From positions 7,353,040 to 7,417,039 of the forward strand of contig NC_068986.1 of the NCBI RefSeq assembly GCF_001194135.2: a stretch of DNA of 64,000 nucleotides, given 5' to 3'. The position numbers and the translations under genes are program-made. Numbering within the stretch: position 1 is the stretch's first letter; each line of letters begins with the position of its first letter. Below, piece by piece: positions 47,731-59,996 of this stretch. The DNA is from Octopus bimaculoides. Lineage: Eukaryota. The notes under the pieces were generated by a model, which worked only from the letters and a program-made list of their open reading frames with translations, was not told where the DNA came from and searched no databases.

Positions 47731-50700
47731 ACTAGAATGAAAAATGCGGAAGCAGAATCCATGAATATTCTTAAGTATTGAATCTGGGAAAGTACAGAAC
47801 AAACAGGAACTAAGCCCAGAAAAGTACAGGGCAAGAAGAAAAATAACTTAGAATATTTACTGCTGATGTTATAATTTAAAAATTAGTATAGTTATAAACG
47901 CATTTTTATATTTTTTATTCTTACTTAAAAGTTTAAATCAAAATACTCAAGATTTCCAAATTTTGGTGAAAAAACTAATTGCCTGAAAGTTTACACATTA
48001 AAAATTTAATATTAAAATTTATATATTTAACCCTTGGTCTACCAGGGGAAAATGTATGCCACTAATTACCAACTGAGTCTAATGGACCCAATATTTTTCT
48101 TTTAATTAAATTTTATTGAAACTATTACTATTTCTTGGCTACATTATATATGCCATCAGATGAATGAAGAATTATTGTTTCTCATAAATTTTAATAAAAA
48201 AATTACAGCTTACAGAATATATAATAAATATTAAAAATTTACAAAAAATACAGCTCTTCATGGCAGTGAATGCAGACAACATTGGAATGTTCTTGGCAAA
48301 CATGGATATTACAATTCTTACATGTAGTACGAGTTTTCCTGGTCTATTTTGGGGCTACACAAAGAACATCTTCCGTTTTGCTTTGGCTGAGGAATCTCAA
48401 ATGAGGTCGAAGATCGTCTTCTTGTTTGGTTGAGAAATGTTAGCGGAACTAGAAGATTGTTTGTCATGTTCTTGTTTAGCATTAACCCCAGCAAGCTCCT
48501 TTCATAACTGAATTAGGCACCGTCTTCTTTTATCCTTGAAACTTTGCAAGTGAAGCTGTTTAGCAACAACGAAAACATTCACTGCACTTATAATCATAGG
48601 CCATCTCCGAGTCATTCTTTTGCAAGTGTATGTCCTTACCATCTTATCTAGGGTATCTAATCCTCCTTTTGTTTTGTTGTAACATGTAATAACTTCAGGT
48701 TTATTTTCAGCACTTTTCGAATCAATTGGGAGCTGAGAGTGCATTGCTGGAATTAATATTAAACAAATGTGACGACATAATTTTTCTGAGGACAACAAGA
48801 TAGGATCATAGAATCCTTTTGAAATCCAAATATTGTGCTGTTGATTTCTCTTTCTTTTCCATTTGCGAAAGCACTTGGAAGTTCAACTCTGTTCTTTCTA
48901 ATTGTTCCAACTAAAGTAGCTTTCTTGCTAAGTAGCTTTTGAGCCAATCCTAGACTTTAAAAAAAATTATCGCAAGTTATATTGCGACTAGTATCACTGT
49001 TGCATATTGCCCAAATTTTAATTCGGTATTTCCCCAGTTTTGAAGGAATATATACACGGAATGGGCAGCGCCCTCTGAATGAAACTAATTGTTCATCAAC
49101 TGTCATGCATAAGCATGAAGCATATCCATCTTGCAAATTCTGATTCCACATTTCAAAAACTTCTCTTATGAGCTCCAATTTATCATCATTTCTCTTTTTT
49201 CTTCTTGCACTAGCATCATCAAAACGCAATACTTGTAAAATTTGTTGAAATCTTCCCCGGCTCATAATTTTGTTGAACATTGGGCGGCCATCTTCTTGAC
49301 TCCAAAACTGTATGACATTTTCATGTTTAGATTTATAAACACCTATAAAAATAATCAGTTCAATAAATTTCTTAAGTTCAGAGTGATCAATTTCCTTCCA
49401 TTTATCTTTGTAAGCAACGTGACCTTCAACATTTGTCCATTTACGAATTAATTCAAGAAGATGTTGGCGCATAAAGATAGTAAAACATGTTTCAATGTTA
49501 TCGCAAGAACTTCTAGCAAAACGGGATGGCCTACATTCTTGGCACACAATATTGCAAGATGAAGTTCTTACTGCTGCTTGAGTAAGAGGATTAGACTGTC
49601 AAACTTCTTGTCTGTCTCTAGAAACATATTGCTCATTCATAATTGGGTGGCTAGGAGATAATTGTTTTTGAGTATCTTCGTCATCTGATGACACAGAACC
49701 TAAACTGTCCAGCACACAATCACTTTCACCATCACCTTCAGAGCAATAGAAGGAATCACTACTATCTTCTTCCCATTCCTCATCTAATTCCAATAACCTT
49801 TCGATATTTAGTCTTCACTCAAGTTTTCACGTCGAGGCATATTGGAAAACACAACTGAACTATATGAAACTTGATAGCTGACTAAAGGCAGATATTGCTC
49901 TCTCACATATTTATACTCTCCTGAAAGATGATGTAAGAATTGCGTCATCACATAGAAATTTTGCATCACCCTATAACCTAGCAGATTGAAGGTGATGCAA
50001 TACCACACAAATATACAGGAATGTTTTCACAATTCTTTCCTATTTGATCAAAAACTCAGCAAATAAATTGAATACAATTTTATCCATTTTATATCTGAAA
50101 AATATGTAGGAAAATAATATTTGATACTGCTTTCATTCTGTTTAGAATGACAAGAATTGTCTGAATTTAATTCGACGGTCCAATGGACCCATACGGTATT
50201 TAATGTATAAATTGAAATGTTTTAGCTTACGGAAAATTTCCCATTTGACAAATAAAAGAGAGTCAAGAAAAAATAAGAGTCACCAGAAATCAACAGAATC
50301 AAATAATATAATTAGGGAGATGTACTTGCATAGCAAGTGACCTGATCTGAAATCGTGTGCTGGAACGAAATCAATTGCAGCGTAGAAGGTGTTTATAAGC
50401 CATTTGTTTTTCAAATAATATAAACAGTAGGAAAAAGCAACTGAAAAAACTGAAATGTGTCCATTGGAGCCATTGGTAGACTGAAGATTAAAAAATCATA
50501 TAATAGCAATTTAAGCAAAATTGACAATTATAACCTCTAAGTAATTAAAAAACAACAACAAGAGAGTATTTTCTAGATTTTGCACTCAATTTGTTCATTA
50601 GTTTTCATTTTCTAAAATATCTTTCTAAGTGTAAATAGAATATATTTTATTTCGTTTTTAGATTTGGTTTGCAATATCCATTATGTGAGTTCGTGTGTTG

Positions 50701-51316
50701 AAGCATATACTATTTTGAGAGTCAAAACTACTGAAAATATTGCAAGACGCAACGAAAAGTTTAGAAAAATAAAGAAGGAAATAAGTGGAAATTTTACTGG
50801 TGAGTGTGTTAAATTATAAGGCACTAAAAGAGAATAACTCTCCCCAGACACAAAACAATATATTTTATTTCATAATACAAACTTTAAACAAATTAATTCT
50901 TTTATTTCTTTAAAATTTTAAAACTATATTTTATTATTTTGCATTACATATATTCTACATGAGTTTAACACAATATCTGTGATTTAAGATGTTTGTATAA
51001 TGAGTTTTGTTAAGAAAAAAGAACGTCAAAAAGTAAGTCAGAAATGTTTTAACTTAATAGAAAGAAAGTTTTGAATCAAGAATATTAACTTAGATGTAAA
51101 AAACAAATTGCAGTAAAAAACCCCAAAATACAAAGAACACAACAGTGCACACAGTATTTCATGTTCAATTTCAGAAATTTATTTAGCAAATTCTGACATC
51201 AGCAGTAGTATTCTAAGTGCTTTTCTTGTATTTTACCAGGTTTAATTACTGCTTGTTCTGTACTTTCAAAACTTGAAAATATTCTAGCATTCTGTGCCCG
51301 CATTTTTCATTCTTGT
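47731..51316. mobile_element. AT-rich foldback element (about 1.1 kb, about 150 bp TIRs) interrupted by piggyBac
   Basis: Left ACTAGAATGAAAAATGCGGAAGCAGAAT..CTTAGAATATTTACTGCTGATGT mirrors right ACATCAGCAGTAGTATTCTAAG..ATTCTGTGCCCGCATTTTTCATTCTTGT. Confidence 0.8.
48031..50487 (-). mobile_element. piggyBac transposon (about 2.46 kb), transposase pseudogene, TTAA TSDs at 48027-48030 and 50488-50491
   Basis: Acidic N-terminus; IMSRGRF, TVDEQLVSFRGRCPFRVYIPSK, RNITCDNFF, LVGTIRKNR, YNKTKGGLDTLD, RRWP; Cys-rich C-terminus CKNCNIHVCQEH. Degenerate TIRs CCCTTGGTCTACCA / TGGTAGACTGAAGA. Confidence 0.93.
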
Positions 51317-51959
51317 CCACTTTTTTCCAAGCAACGCTTTTATTATTATAATTATTATATTTACGTTTAAAACTGAAAAAAACTGATACCATTGTAAATA
51401 TTTTCTAAATACAGGTTTTGTTCAAACTTAGAAATTTTGCTTGCACATAAAAATAGCGAAGGAGCATATCTGTTAGAAGTAAATATATTTTTAAGTAATT
51501 TATTTTATAAAACAATGTTACATTCTAATAAAATAATTAATAATTAGTATTTTTCATGAGTGAATTTCTTTATTTTGATATGTTTTTAATAAGTATATGA
51601 TTTAATACATAAACGAAATAATGAAAATTAATATGAAATCGCAAAAAAATCATAACTATTTTTATGTTAAATATTTTTAAATGGATCCCCCCGCCCCAAT
51701 ATTCCTCTGAATGAACTCTTTCATTTGAGTTGAAGTAGCATTATGTTTAACAAAAATATCTTGGCTTCTCAAAATTATCACCTTTTTATCGTCACTGAAA
51801 GTCAACAACAGTTTTCGCAGCTAATAATTTTTGATAAGGTTTTCATCATACCCTCAGTAATCAAGATTTTCACAATACCTCTTAAAAAACGGAAAAGGAA
51901 AAGGATAATACAACACAGGATCAAACCCATACCTATCAAACACCAGTTAAGCGGGTTGT

Positions 51960-52342
51960 TGTTGTTGGCACTCCGTCGCTTACGACGTCGAGGGTTCCAG
52001 CTGATCCGATCAACGGAACAGCCTGCTCGTGAAATTAACGTGCAAGTGGCTGAGCACTCTACAGACACGTGTACCCTTAATGTAGTTCTCGGGGATATTC
52101 AGCGTGACATAGTGTGACAAGGCTGGCCCTTCGAAATACAGGTACAACAGAAACAGGAAGAAAGAGTGAGAGAAAGTTGTGGTGAAAGAGTACAGCAGGG
52201 TTCACCACCATCCCCTGCCGGAGCCTCGTGGAGCTTTAGGTGTTTTCGCTCAATAAACACACACAACGCCCGGTCTGGGAATCGAAACCGCGATCCTATG
52301 ACAGCGAGTCCGCTGCCCTAACCACTGCGCCATTGCGCCTCC
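51960..52342 (-). mobile_element. SINE family C, full length with (AAC)n tail and 12-bp TSD
   Basis: TAAGCGGGTTGT at 51948-51959 and 52343-52354; head GGAGGCGCAATGGCGCAGTGGTTAGGGCAGCGGAC. Confidence 0.96.
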
Positions 52343-52454
52343 TAAGCGGGTTGTACTATTAAGCTAAATGACATATGACATCGTGTGCCGTCTTTTTTAT
52401 AAAGTTAAGTATCTTCACTTGACAAAAATATTTTAATTTATTGAAATGATCACC

Positions 52455-52790
52455 TTATATTTGTCACTTAAAGCCACATCACATTTTGTGTACCAAATAT
52501 TTTATGACGAGGTTTTCACCATAAGATTCATCTCGTAGAGCTGTTTCATTTGAACATAACTGTTGTATAGTTTTCTTCAATATCAACTGAGATATTTCAA
52601 TTCAAAGTCGATTTTGGGGGTTACTTACTATATTTTTTGTCATTTAAATCCACACGACTTTTTTCTTTAGCTTATACTTTTTAAGGAGGTTTTCACCAAA
52701 AGGTTCTTTTCAATGAACACATTCTTTTAAGCGCAATTAATCTATACTTTTCTGATAAAATAATAGATATTTTGATTCAAATTAAATTTT
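52455..52790 (+). repeat. Diverged tandem duplication, unit about 170 bp
   Basis: TTTGTCACTTAAAGCCAC..GAGGTTTTCACCATAAG..ATTCAAAGTCGATTTT repeated as TTTGTCATTTAAATCCAC..GAGGTTTTCACCAAAAG..ATTCAAATTAAATTTT. Confidence 0.6.
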
Positions 52791-53177
52791 TCGCCTTGGT
52801 CTCTCAATTTTGACCTAACCTTTTTAATGAATCAATTTTCAATTATCTGATCTCAAAGTCTAGCTGAAGATTGGTCCACGATTGCAAAAAAAAAAAAAAA
52901 AACGAATTCAATTTGGTTGAGGACTGAATTAGTGATGAAGCATAGAAGTGCGCGCGAGTGACTAAAAGTTCACCGAATGATAGTAGAGACTGCCAGAGTT
53001 CTCTTTCCACCAGTATATTATTCCGGAATGCTATAAGGTCGAGCAACATTTTTATGAATAGTATTTTATTCCCCAGAAAACTTGTCTTTCACTAAGTGTC
53101 TAAGTGGCAATTTCAAAACATTACTCTGTTGTTGGGATTGGAACTGTATTGTGATCTGAACATCAGGTATCTTTGAT

Positions 53178-53420
53178 CTTTTACTTCTTGAAGTCATTAG
53201 ACTGCGGCCATGCTGGGGCACCGTCTTCAAGGATTTTAGACGAACGAATCGTCCTCAGTACCTTTTTAATTAAAGCCTGATACTTATTCCAGCGGTATCT
53301 TTTGCTGAACCACTAAGTTACAGGGACGTAAACACACCAATGCCGGTTGTCAAACGGTGATGAGGAACAAACCCAAAGACATACACACACACACACACAC
53401 ACACCAGGGTTTTTCTCAAT
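53178..53420 (-). mobile_element. SINE family B 3' part
   Basis: GACTGCGGCCATGCTGGGGCACCG..AAGTTACAGGGACGTAAACACACCA. Confidence 0.85.
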
Positions 53421-53559
53421 TTTCTTGAGAATCAGAGGCCCGAAGGCAGTGCCAAAATATTTGTCAGGAATGTCGCAACATTACGGTCCTTTTGATACCA
53501 AAGTTATAAAAATCAGAGGTTACTGTAAAAACTTTTCTCGCGTGCAACTCTTGCCTTTT

Positions 53560-53727
53560 GTTGCAAGCCGAATTCAGGCCGAATTCCAAAAGTGACAGGA
53601 ACGCTGGGACCGGTGTAGTGCTGCGCAAGGTGACTATTTCAAAGGAGATGATGTTAAAACTTAGGTAAATAATAATTTTTTTTTATTAAACGTAACTAGT
53701 CCGGGAACTTTTTGATACCACCTCGTA
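53560..53727 (+). mobile_element. mariner 3' end with TIR
   Basis: EFQK*QERWDRCSAAQGDYFKGD, then GGGAACTTTTTGATACCACCTCG-TA. Confidence 0.8.
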
Positions 53728-55009
53728 TGAGAGTAAAAAGTCATGTCCATAAAGTTATGTCAACGAAGCCGTGGTAAGCTTAATGAGCTTACCACGGTTG
53801 AGAAGTGGAGACAAGCAACTTATTACATTTAGCCGATGCAGGAAAATAAAGCATTGTCTGGTTACGACCATCCAGTCTAGCCTTTATGACTGGCAAGATT
53901 CATGTTTATTTGAATATCTTTGAATCGATGTTTACAAGAAAACTGTTGGTTTGAGAGGATGTCAAATATTCGGTGTCTAGGTTGCACGTGGACGTGACCT
54001 ACTTCCAAGAGTGTGTTGTTACAAAAGATAACGAGTTAGTAATGGACATAGAAGTGTGGGAGACGTTACCAGACACTTGATGGTTCCTCAAATAAACACA
54101 GGAACAAGGGTAAGTTTTGGTTTTGTTACCCGATGTATTAAAAGAAAACATAATAATTGCAGCAGAATCATCAACAACAAGTCCCTGAATATACTGCTGT
54201 TCTTCATGCGCAACAAGTCGAAGCTCCAGAATTCGCAAAGGAGGAAGGCAACCCGTCGTTCTCAGTGATGAAGCTGATCCGCAGGCTGGGAAACCGATTT
54301 CCTTGTCATGGGTAGATGTGATGAGGAGAGGGAGGAAGAGGGGAGGAAGAGGAAGAGATAGGTTCTCACTGTTCCATAAGAATTTCGTATATCGATCGTT
54401 TCAACCGACCACTGCCTCATTGAAACTACCTCCTCCCACTCCTTTGCCTTCAAGTCAGCTGACAGGTCAGGATTCTGTAATTTTTATGTCAATTATTCTT
54501 GGTAGGACTTCTCTTCTGACGCAACATAAACAGTTAGGAGGTTGGGAGTGAAATTATCTTGTCAAATACAGTAAAACATTAATGTTTAAATCCCCCACCA
54601 AGTAGTTCAGTTATAGAATCGTTGCAAAAGCTCACCCCACCACTCACAAAACTGGGCGAATTTTTCCAGCCCCAGAACTCTCGAAAAACCACTATTTAAA
54701 CAGTAAAGACCACCATTCGTGTATCGCACATCTCTCAAGCTATTCAGTCTCCCAAACTGTCACCGTTCTTCCTGTTTGTTTTCTTTCCAAAAAGATCTAC
54801 CCCAGCTTTGTACCATCCAGTTGTCACCTAATCACCCTACACCAAAGTTGCATAGATTCTATGAACAGAGGTTTCAAAAATCATCTTTCAATCTTGCCCT
54901 CTTCAACAACTAAAAATCTACGACTACTACTGTGCGATAATGTTTTCTTTATGTGAAAACATAATCACTTATCACTCACTTTTTTAAACAGTAGCGACTT
55001 GCAACTAGA

Positions 55010-55560
55010 TCTCGCCCCGATCTTTCCAAAATGTAGACCTAATAACCAGCAGGGACCTCTTCTGGTTAATACATATCTTTAGCTTAGCTAGGGCAGCACC
55101 TGAAAGTCTGACCCTTCCGTTGAGGACAAGAAAATCACCGACGTTCTGCAAAGCAGAATTGTTGCTCACAATGGAATATTCCTCTCACATCTTATACAGT
55201 GTTGCCCTACACACACACGCGCGCGCACGGGCACTTAAGACCATATTCAAAGAAAGCTCACGTGACTCATTAATGTACCAACATTCACAGATACACTTGA
55301 GTTTCTGCTTATCATGAATGCTTTCTCTTCTCTTTTTGTTATCTTGTTGCTCTGATCCTAGGCACTGGCTGATCTCATGTCACATCAGCCACTCTCGAGG
55401 ACACTTATCTCTCCTTGGTCTGGTACTAAATTCAACATTCAGTCCTTCCTACCCACCATGCTATCCCACTGGGGCTCCCTACCTGTTCACGTCATTTCTG
55501 CTGGTGTCATCCTGTAATAATTGAAGTTTAACATTCATGGCATCAGTCTTACTGGTCTCA
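55010..55560 (+). mobile_element. CR1/L2-type LINE 3' relic
   Basis: KAELLLTMEYSSHILY (cf. YKA..RP.MEY.SHIW) and QSFLPTMLSHWGSLP (cf. SFFPRT..LWNSLP). Confidence 0.65.
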
Positions 55561-56531
55561 GAGTGTCTGTGCGTGCGATAAGTACTATGTCTTTTTAATG
55601 AAAGGATTTGAAACCTTCATACTGTGTATGAACTGTTCATTTGAGCTTGTATGCAGTAATAAGCACTATATTTCTATATTTTCAGCTTTTCTTCGTTATG
55701 AAAATTAAAATGAAATAAATACGTGTAAAGGCGCCGCAATCCAGCTTGCTGAGAGCGCCATTAATCCTCTGGTCGCTTCTGAGTATATTTCATACAAATA
55801 TTTCAAACTTTATGATTCACTTCGTGTTTCTTACTTTGTGCTAACAATTCTTTAGTCTCACATAAAATAAAAAGTCAATATTAACTGAATAATGTTCTTC
55901 TTAACGTATTCTAACGGAAATATCATCGGGTTTTTCAGACTAGAATATCTCGACTGTTCTCTTTCTTAACTGTCAGTATTATTTTAGAAACGCATATTAT
56001 CATGCCAAACAAAAGTTAATGTAGTCTCTAACATGTCTTCAAGAAAATGCTTTGTGTCGGTATTAATAGATCCTTGATTGTCTATTGTTGGTCTGAACAA
56101 AAGAATAACTTTCTTCCATGAATTGCAATATTATTTCAACTCTTCCAGCGTAACGGTTAATGTTGATGGTAAGAGCAGTTTTTAGCTATTCAGGCGCCAA
56201 GTATCTTATTGTAGTAATTCCAACAGTAAAGTAGTTAGTCACAAAATGTACTGACAACACGCAACAATTTAAATTTAAAGCTAAATGGAAGTGAAATTCT
56301 GTAATGTTGTATTGATTCCTTCCTTGAACACAAAACTAAATCTTTTTTAAAGAGATGTCTCTAGAATAGAACTAATATTTTATGTATCTGTATTATCAGC
56401 CTGACCTAATGATAATGAGCACCAAGCCAGAAAATAACGTAATATTACACCAAACGTTAAAATAGATAATAATTATATTCAGATTCTAGAAATAATTATC
56501 ATTATTAACGCAATAAGCGATTTTTAATTAA

Positions 56532-56948
56532 CGAACTTAAGGTTAGTTAAAATATGTTTGTGAGACATATTTTAATTTCTAAAGGCAAATTCACTGCAGG
56601 TACCATGGAGAAAAAATTCTCTTTTATAGTTAAAGGTATAAAACAACCATTACATATGTTCTAACGGATTCGCAGACGTGCGTTTACAAAAGAAAGAAGT
56701 TCACTGATGTTGATTGTTTTTAGATAAAGCTACGACTTTGCATCTACCCAGGGTTGTCTCACTCCGGTATTTCCCATTGGTGAGCGCTAATGAGCGTCTG
56801 GGAATCCGCTTGAAGGAAGCACTGGGCAGATATGAAGTTTTTACCCCTTTTGCCATAAGAAAGAATCTTTTCTCCACGGTAACTGCAGTGAATTCGCCTT
56901 TAGAAATTTAAATATGTCACAAACATATTTTAAATAATCTAAAGTTCG
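56532..56948. mobile_element. MITE with about 110 bp inverted arms
   Basis: AAAATATGTTTGTGAGACATATTTTAATTTCTAAAGGCAAATTCACTGCAG mirrors CTGCAGTGAATTCGCCTTTAGAAATTTAAATATGTCACAAACATATTTT. Confidence 0.85.
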
Positions 56949-57328
56949 CTTATTCCTTATCACTAATTGGCGTTGATGCCGCTACTTTTAGTTACTTACA
57001 AATTTAGGGTTAATTAAATTAAAAATTGGAAATTCTTATTTCAAGTTGGAATGGAAGAGAATCGAACTAAGTGTCTCGCAATGTTTGTGCAGCACTTTAC
57101 GATCTTATTTTATATCTTGTTGAGGTCAACCTTCTGCAGTGAAGTAATGAATACGATTTAGTGGAGTAACACCACTAAGCTGTGCATATGTCAGAAACCA
57201 TTATTTATTAGGTCATAGTTTATAGGTAATTAAAAATTTACAACCGTTATTTGAATTTACAATAAAATGTCAGAATAGCTAGAGCGGCGAACACAGTATC
57301 TTTCAGTATTTAGTTGTGTCCTTTTTAG

Positions 57329-58322
57329 TTCTTCCAAAGTCGACTTTCTCTTTGAGACATGTAAGCTTGGTAAAATAAAGGCAGCCCTTCCCCAAATGTT
57401 TGACCTTGGACTTAATTACAAATCTTAAAGTAAATGGGGGGCTTACTTGGCAGAATTACCGTACGCTGGACAAAATAACTTGCAGAATTTAGTTCTGTCA
57501 CTTCATGAATATTCCAAATTTCCAACAGCGTCGAGTTCTCTTGATGCCATTCTAAATCCAATAAATTCATTTCAATTTCCATTGTCAGTAAAAGTAACTC
57601 TGCACATCTCCTAAACCGTTCTATTTAATATCTATGTTAGAAATCAGAACTCATCAAATAAAAGTATGCTCTTCCCAAAATATGTCCAGCACATACTCTT
57701 ACAGTATCAACGTTCATACTCGACTTTCTGAATTAAAATCCTTCCAGAATCGACTTTATTTTTCACACTTACTGTCTTAAAACAAATACCCCACACGTTA
57801 TAATGGCAAGATTTAATTGCTGGGAATTCGAAATCATATGAGCAATGAGTATTAGCTATTTGGAAGTTTAACAATGAGAGTAGATTTAGCTGCCGCCTTA
57901 GAGACTAAAAACAGATTAGCCTTTATCTATTGTATTAGTTTCCTCTTTCTAGGTAATTTATCAGAGATATGGCGTTCATTAAACGACCAACACTAATGTA
58001 ATTCTAATGTCTTGATGGAAGATAATATACTACGGTAACCATACGGGTATAATGTCTAATCGTAGTAAAATATATCAAACATGTGTCATATACGACTCAA
58101 ATTTAAGCAGGTAATTATTATGTAGATGCTGATACAAACTTAAAATTAATGCAAGATATAAACATATGGTTAAGGAGGTCATTTCTTCGCAAGTTTTGCC
58201 AAGTAAGACCCCTATTTACTTTCAGATTTGTAATTGACATTCAAGGTCAAACATTTGGGGGAAAGGCGGCCTTTATTTAACCAAGCTTAGATGGCTCAAA
58301 GAGAAAGCTAACTTTGGAAGAA
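57329..58322. mobile_element. About 1 kb non-autonomous DNA element with about 125 bp TIRs
   Basis: TTCTTCCAAAGT..CTTCCCCAAATGTTTGACCTTG..CTTACTTGGCA mirrors TGCCAAGTAAG..CAAGGTCAAACATTTGGGGGAAAG..ACTTTGGAAGAA. Confidence 0.85.
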
Positions 58323-58329
58323 GTGAATA

Positions 58330-59943
58330 CGAAAAGACGAGAAGGAGCTTGAAGGATTATTACGTACTGTGAAAGCTTTCAGTGATGACATCGGAATGGA
58401 ATTTGGTCTTGTTAAATATGCTAAGGCTACTTTCCAGAAAAAGAAATCGAAAGCTTCATATTCAGTGGTGGTACAAAAGAGAAGATGAGGAAGGAATGTT
58501 ACTGAAGAGTTCGAGCAGTCCTAAAATCCGAGTTAAATGCACGTAACAAGGTGTTAGTTATAAATTCCTTAGCAGCTCCAGTTGTTATTTACAGTTTTAA
58601 TGTGTTGAACTGGAATATAAACGAAATAAGGAAGATTGACAGGAAAATCCGCAAGCTATTGACTTGCAATAAGATGCACCACCCAAAGGCAGACGCAAAT
58701 CGTCTTTACCTTTTCAGAGCTCAAGGAGGTCGAGGCTGATCCAATTTGAAATTTGTTATAAAACCACCACAGTTATCCCGGCAAAATATCTTGAAACATC
58801 TAAAGACTAGATGCTAATACCCGTTGAAAATAATGAAAAACAAAGGCAGCTTCATTCTGTGATGAAGGAGAGCTAAAAAATTTGCTAGTGAGTTTATGCA
58901 TAATACCCAGGTTGAACAGCATGACGGAAGTGCGGTAACTATAGTTGCATAGAAGGAGAAATCAAAAGCAAAGCAAAGTGCGTTTGAACAATTGACTGAT
59001 AGGTGGGAAAAAAACCTCTGCATGACAAATATGCTGCCCGTAGCAAACAAGCTGATGTAGACCAGAACACACCCATCAGTAGCTGCGGAGCTCAGGGCTA
59101 AAGGCAGAGAGTGAAGGCTTTATCTTGGCTGCCCAAGATCAGAGCTTATTGACCCGGAACTATCCAGCCAATGTGATGAAAACTGGAGTAGACCTAAAGT
59201 ACTGATACTGCAACGATGGGAGTGAAACTGGACCACCTAAGATTTTAGCACCTGTAAAGTATAAATCAAGACATGATAAAGCTGATCAATATCTACACTG
59301 GATAATATGTTGGCATTATAAAATCAAAACTGCTGACAAATGGTACAAGCACCACCCTGAGGTTTTAACTGAGGGAGAAAATGTAACGATTCTTTGGGAC
59401 TTTCCAGTATGATACAGACCGGACCATCAAAACTAATAAACCAGATATTGTTATGAAAGACCAAAACAATACAGTCTGTTTATTGATTGTCATGAGCGTA
59501 CCCTGTGGCCATAATATCTCGGCAAAAGAATTTGACAAGCTCAGAAAATATAAAGATTTGCTAATCGAAAAGATGTGGCATCTCAAGACGGTTACAATGC
59601 TAGTGATTGTAGGAGAACTTGGAATTATCAAAAAAAGAACTGAAAAATATTTAAGAATGATCCCTGGCTTACCATCCATGCAGGAAGTGCAGAAGATTGT
59701 CTTAACTGGTACGTCACAAGTACTGAGAAGAGCATTGTCGCTATGAATTTTCTTTCCTTTTTCCCTTTTATTTTCTTTATTTATTTAAAAAATCTTTTTT
59801 CCATTTTCTCTCCATCTTTCTCCCCCTTGTTCTCTATCACATGACTTTTAATTGCCTACCGATGTATACAGTGAGTTTCTCTGCCCTAAGTGTCAGGAAG
59901 ACACTCCGTAAGAAATGGAAACAATTGGAAGGAGATGAATATG

Positions 59944-59995
<52 letters not shown>
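58330..59995 (+). mobile_element. R4/Dong-clade non-LTR retrotransposon, 3' half with RLE nuclease, 3' UTR and (TAA)n end
   Basis: FSDDIGMEFG, NARNKVLVINSLA, HPKADANRLY..GGRG, GFILAAQDQSL, TILWDF, KPDIVMKD..C..I.MSVP..K..KYKDL (PD..D/K type RLE), LRRALSL* at 59746; (TAA)n at 59943-59995. Confidence 0.93.

Positions 59996-59996
<1 letters not shown>

Noticed and set aside
51802-52068. ORF resembling a ZP-domain or membrane protein C-terminus (Cys, RRRKRRSA furin-like site, hydrophobic stretch)
   Set aside because: The first half is the 3' end and (AAC)n tail of a TSD-flanked SINE, so the motif is a chance chimera.
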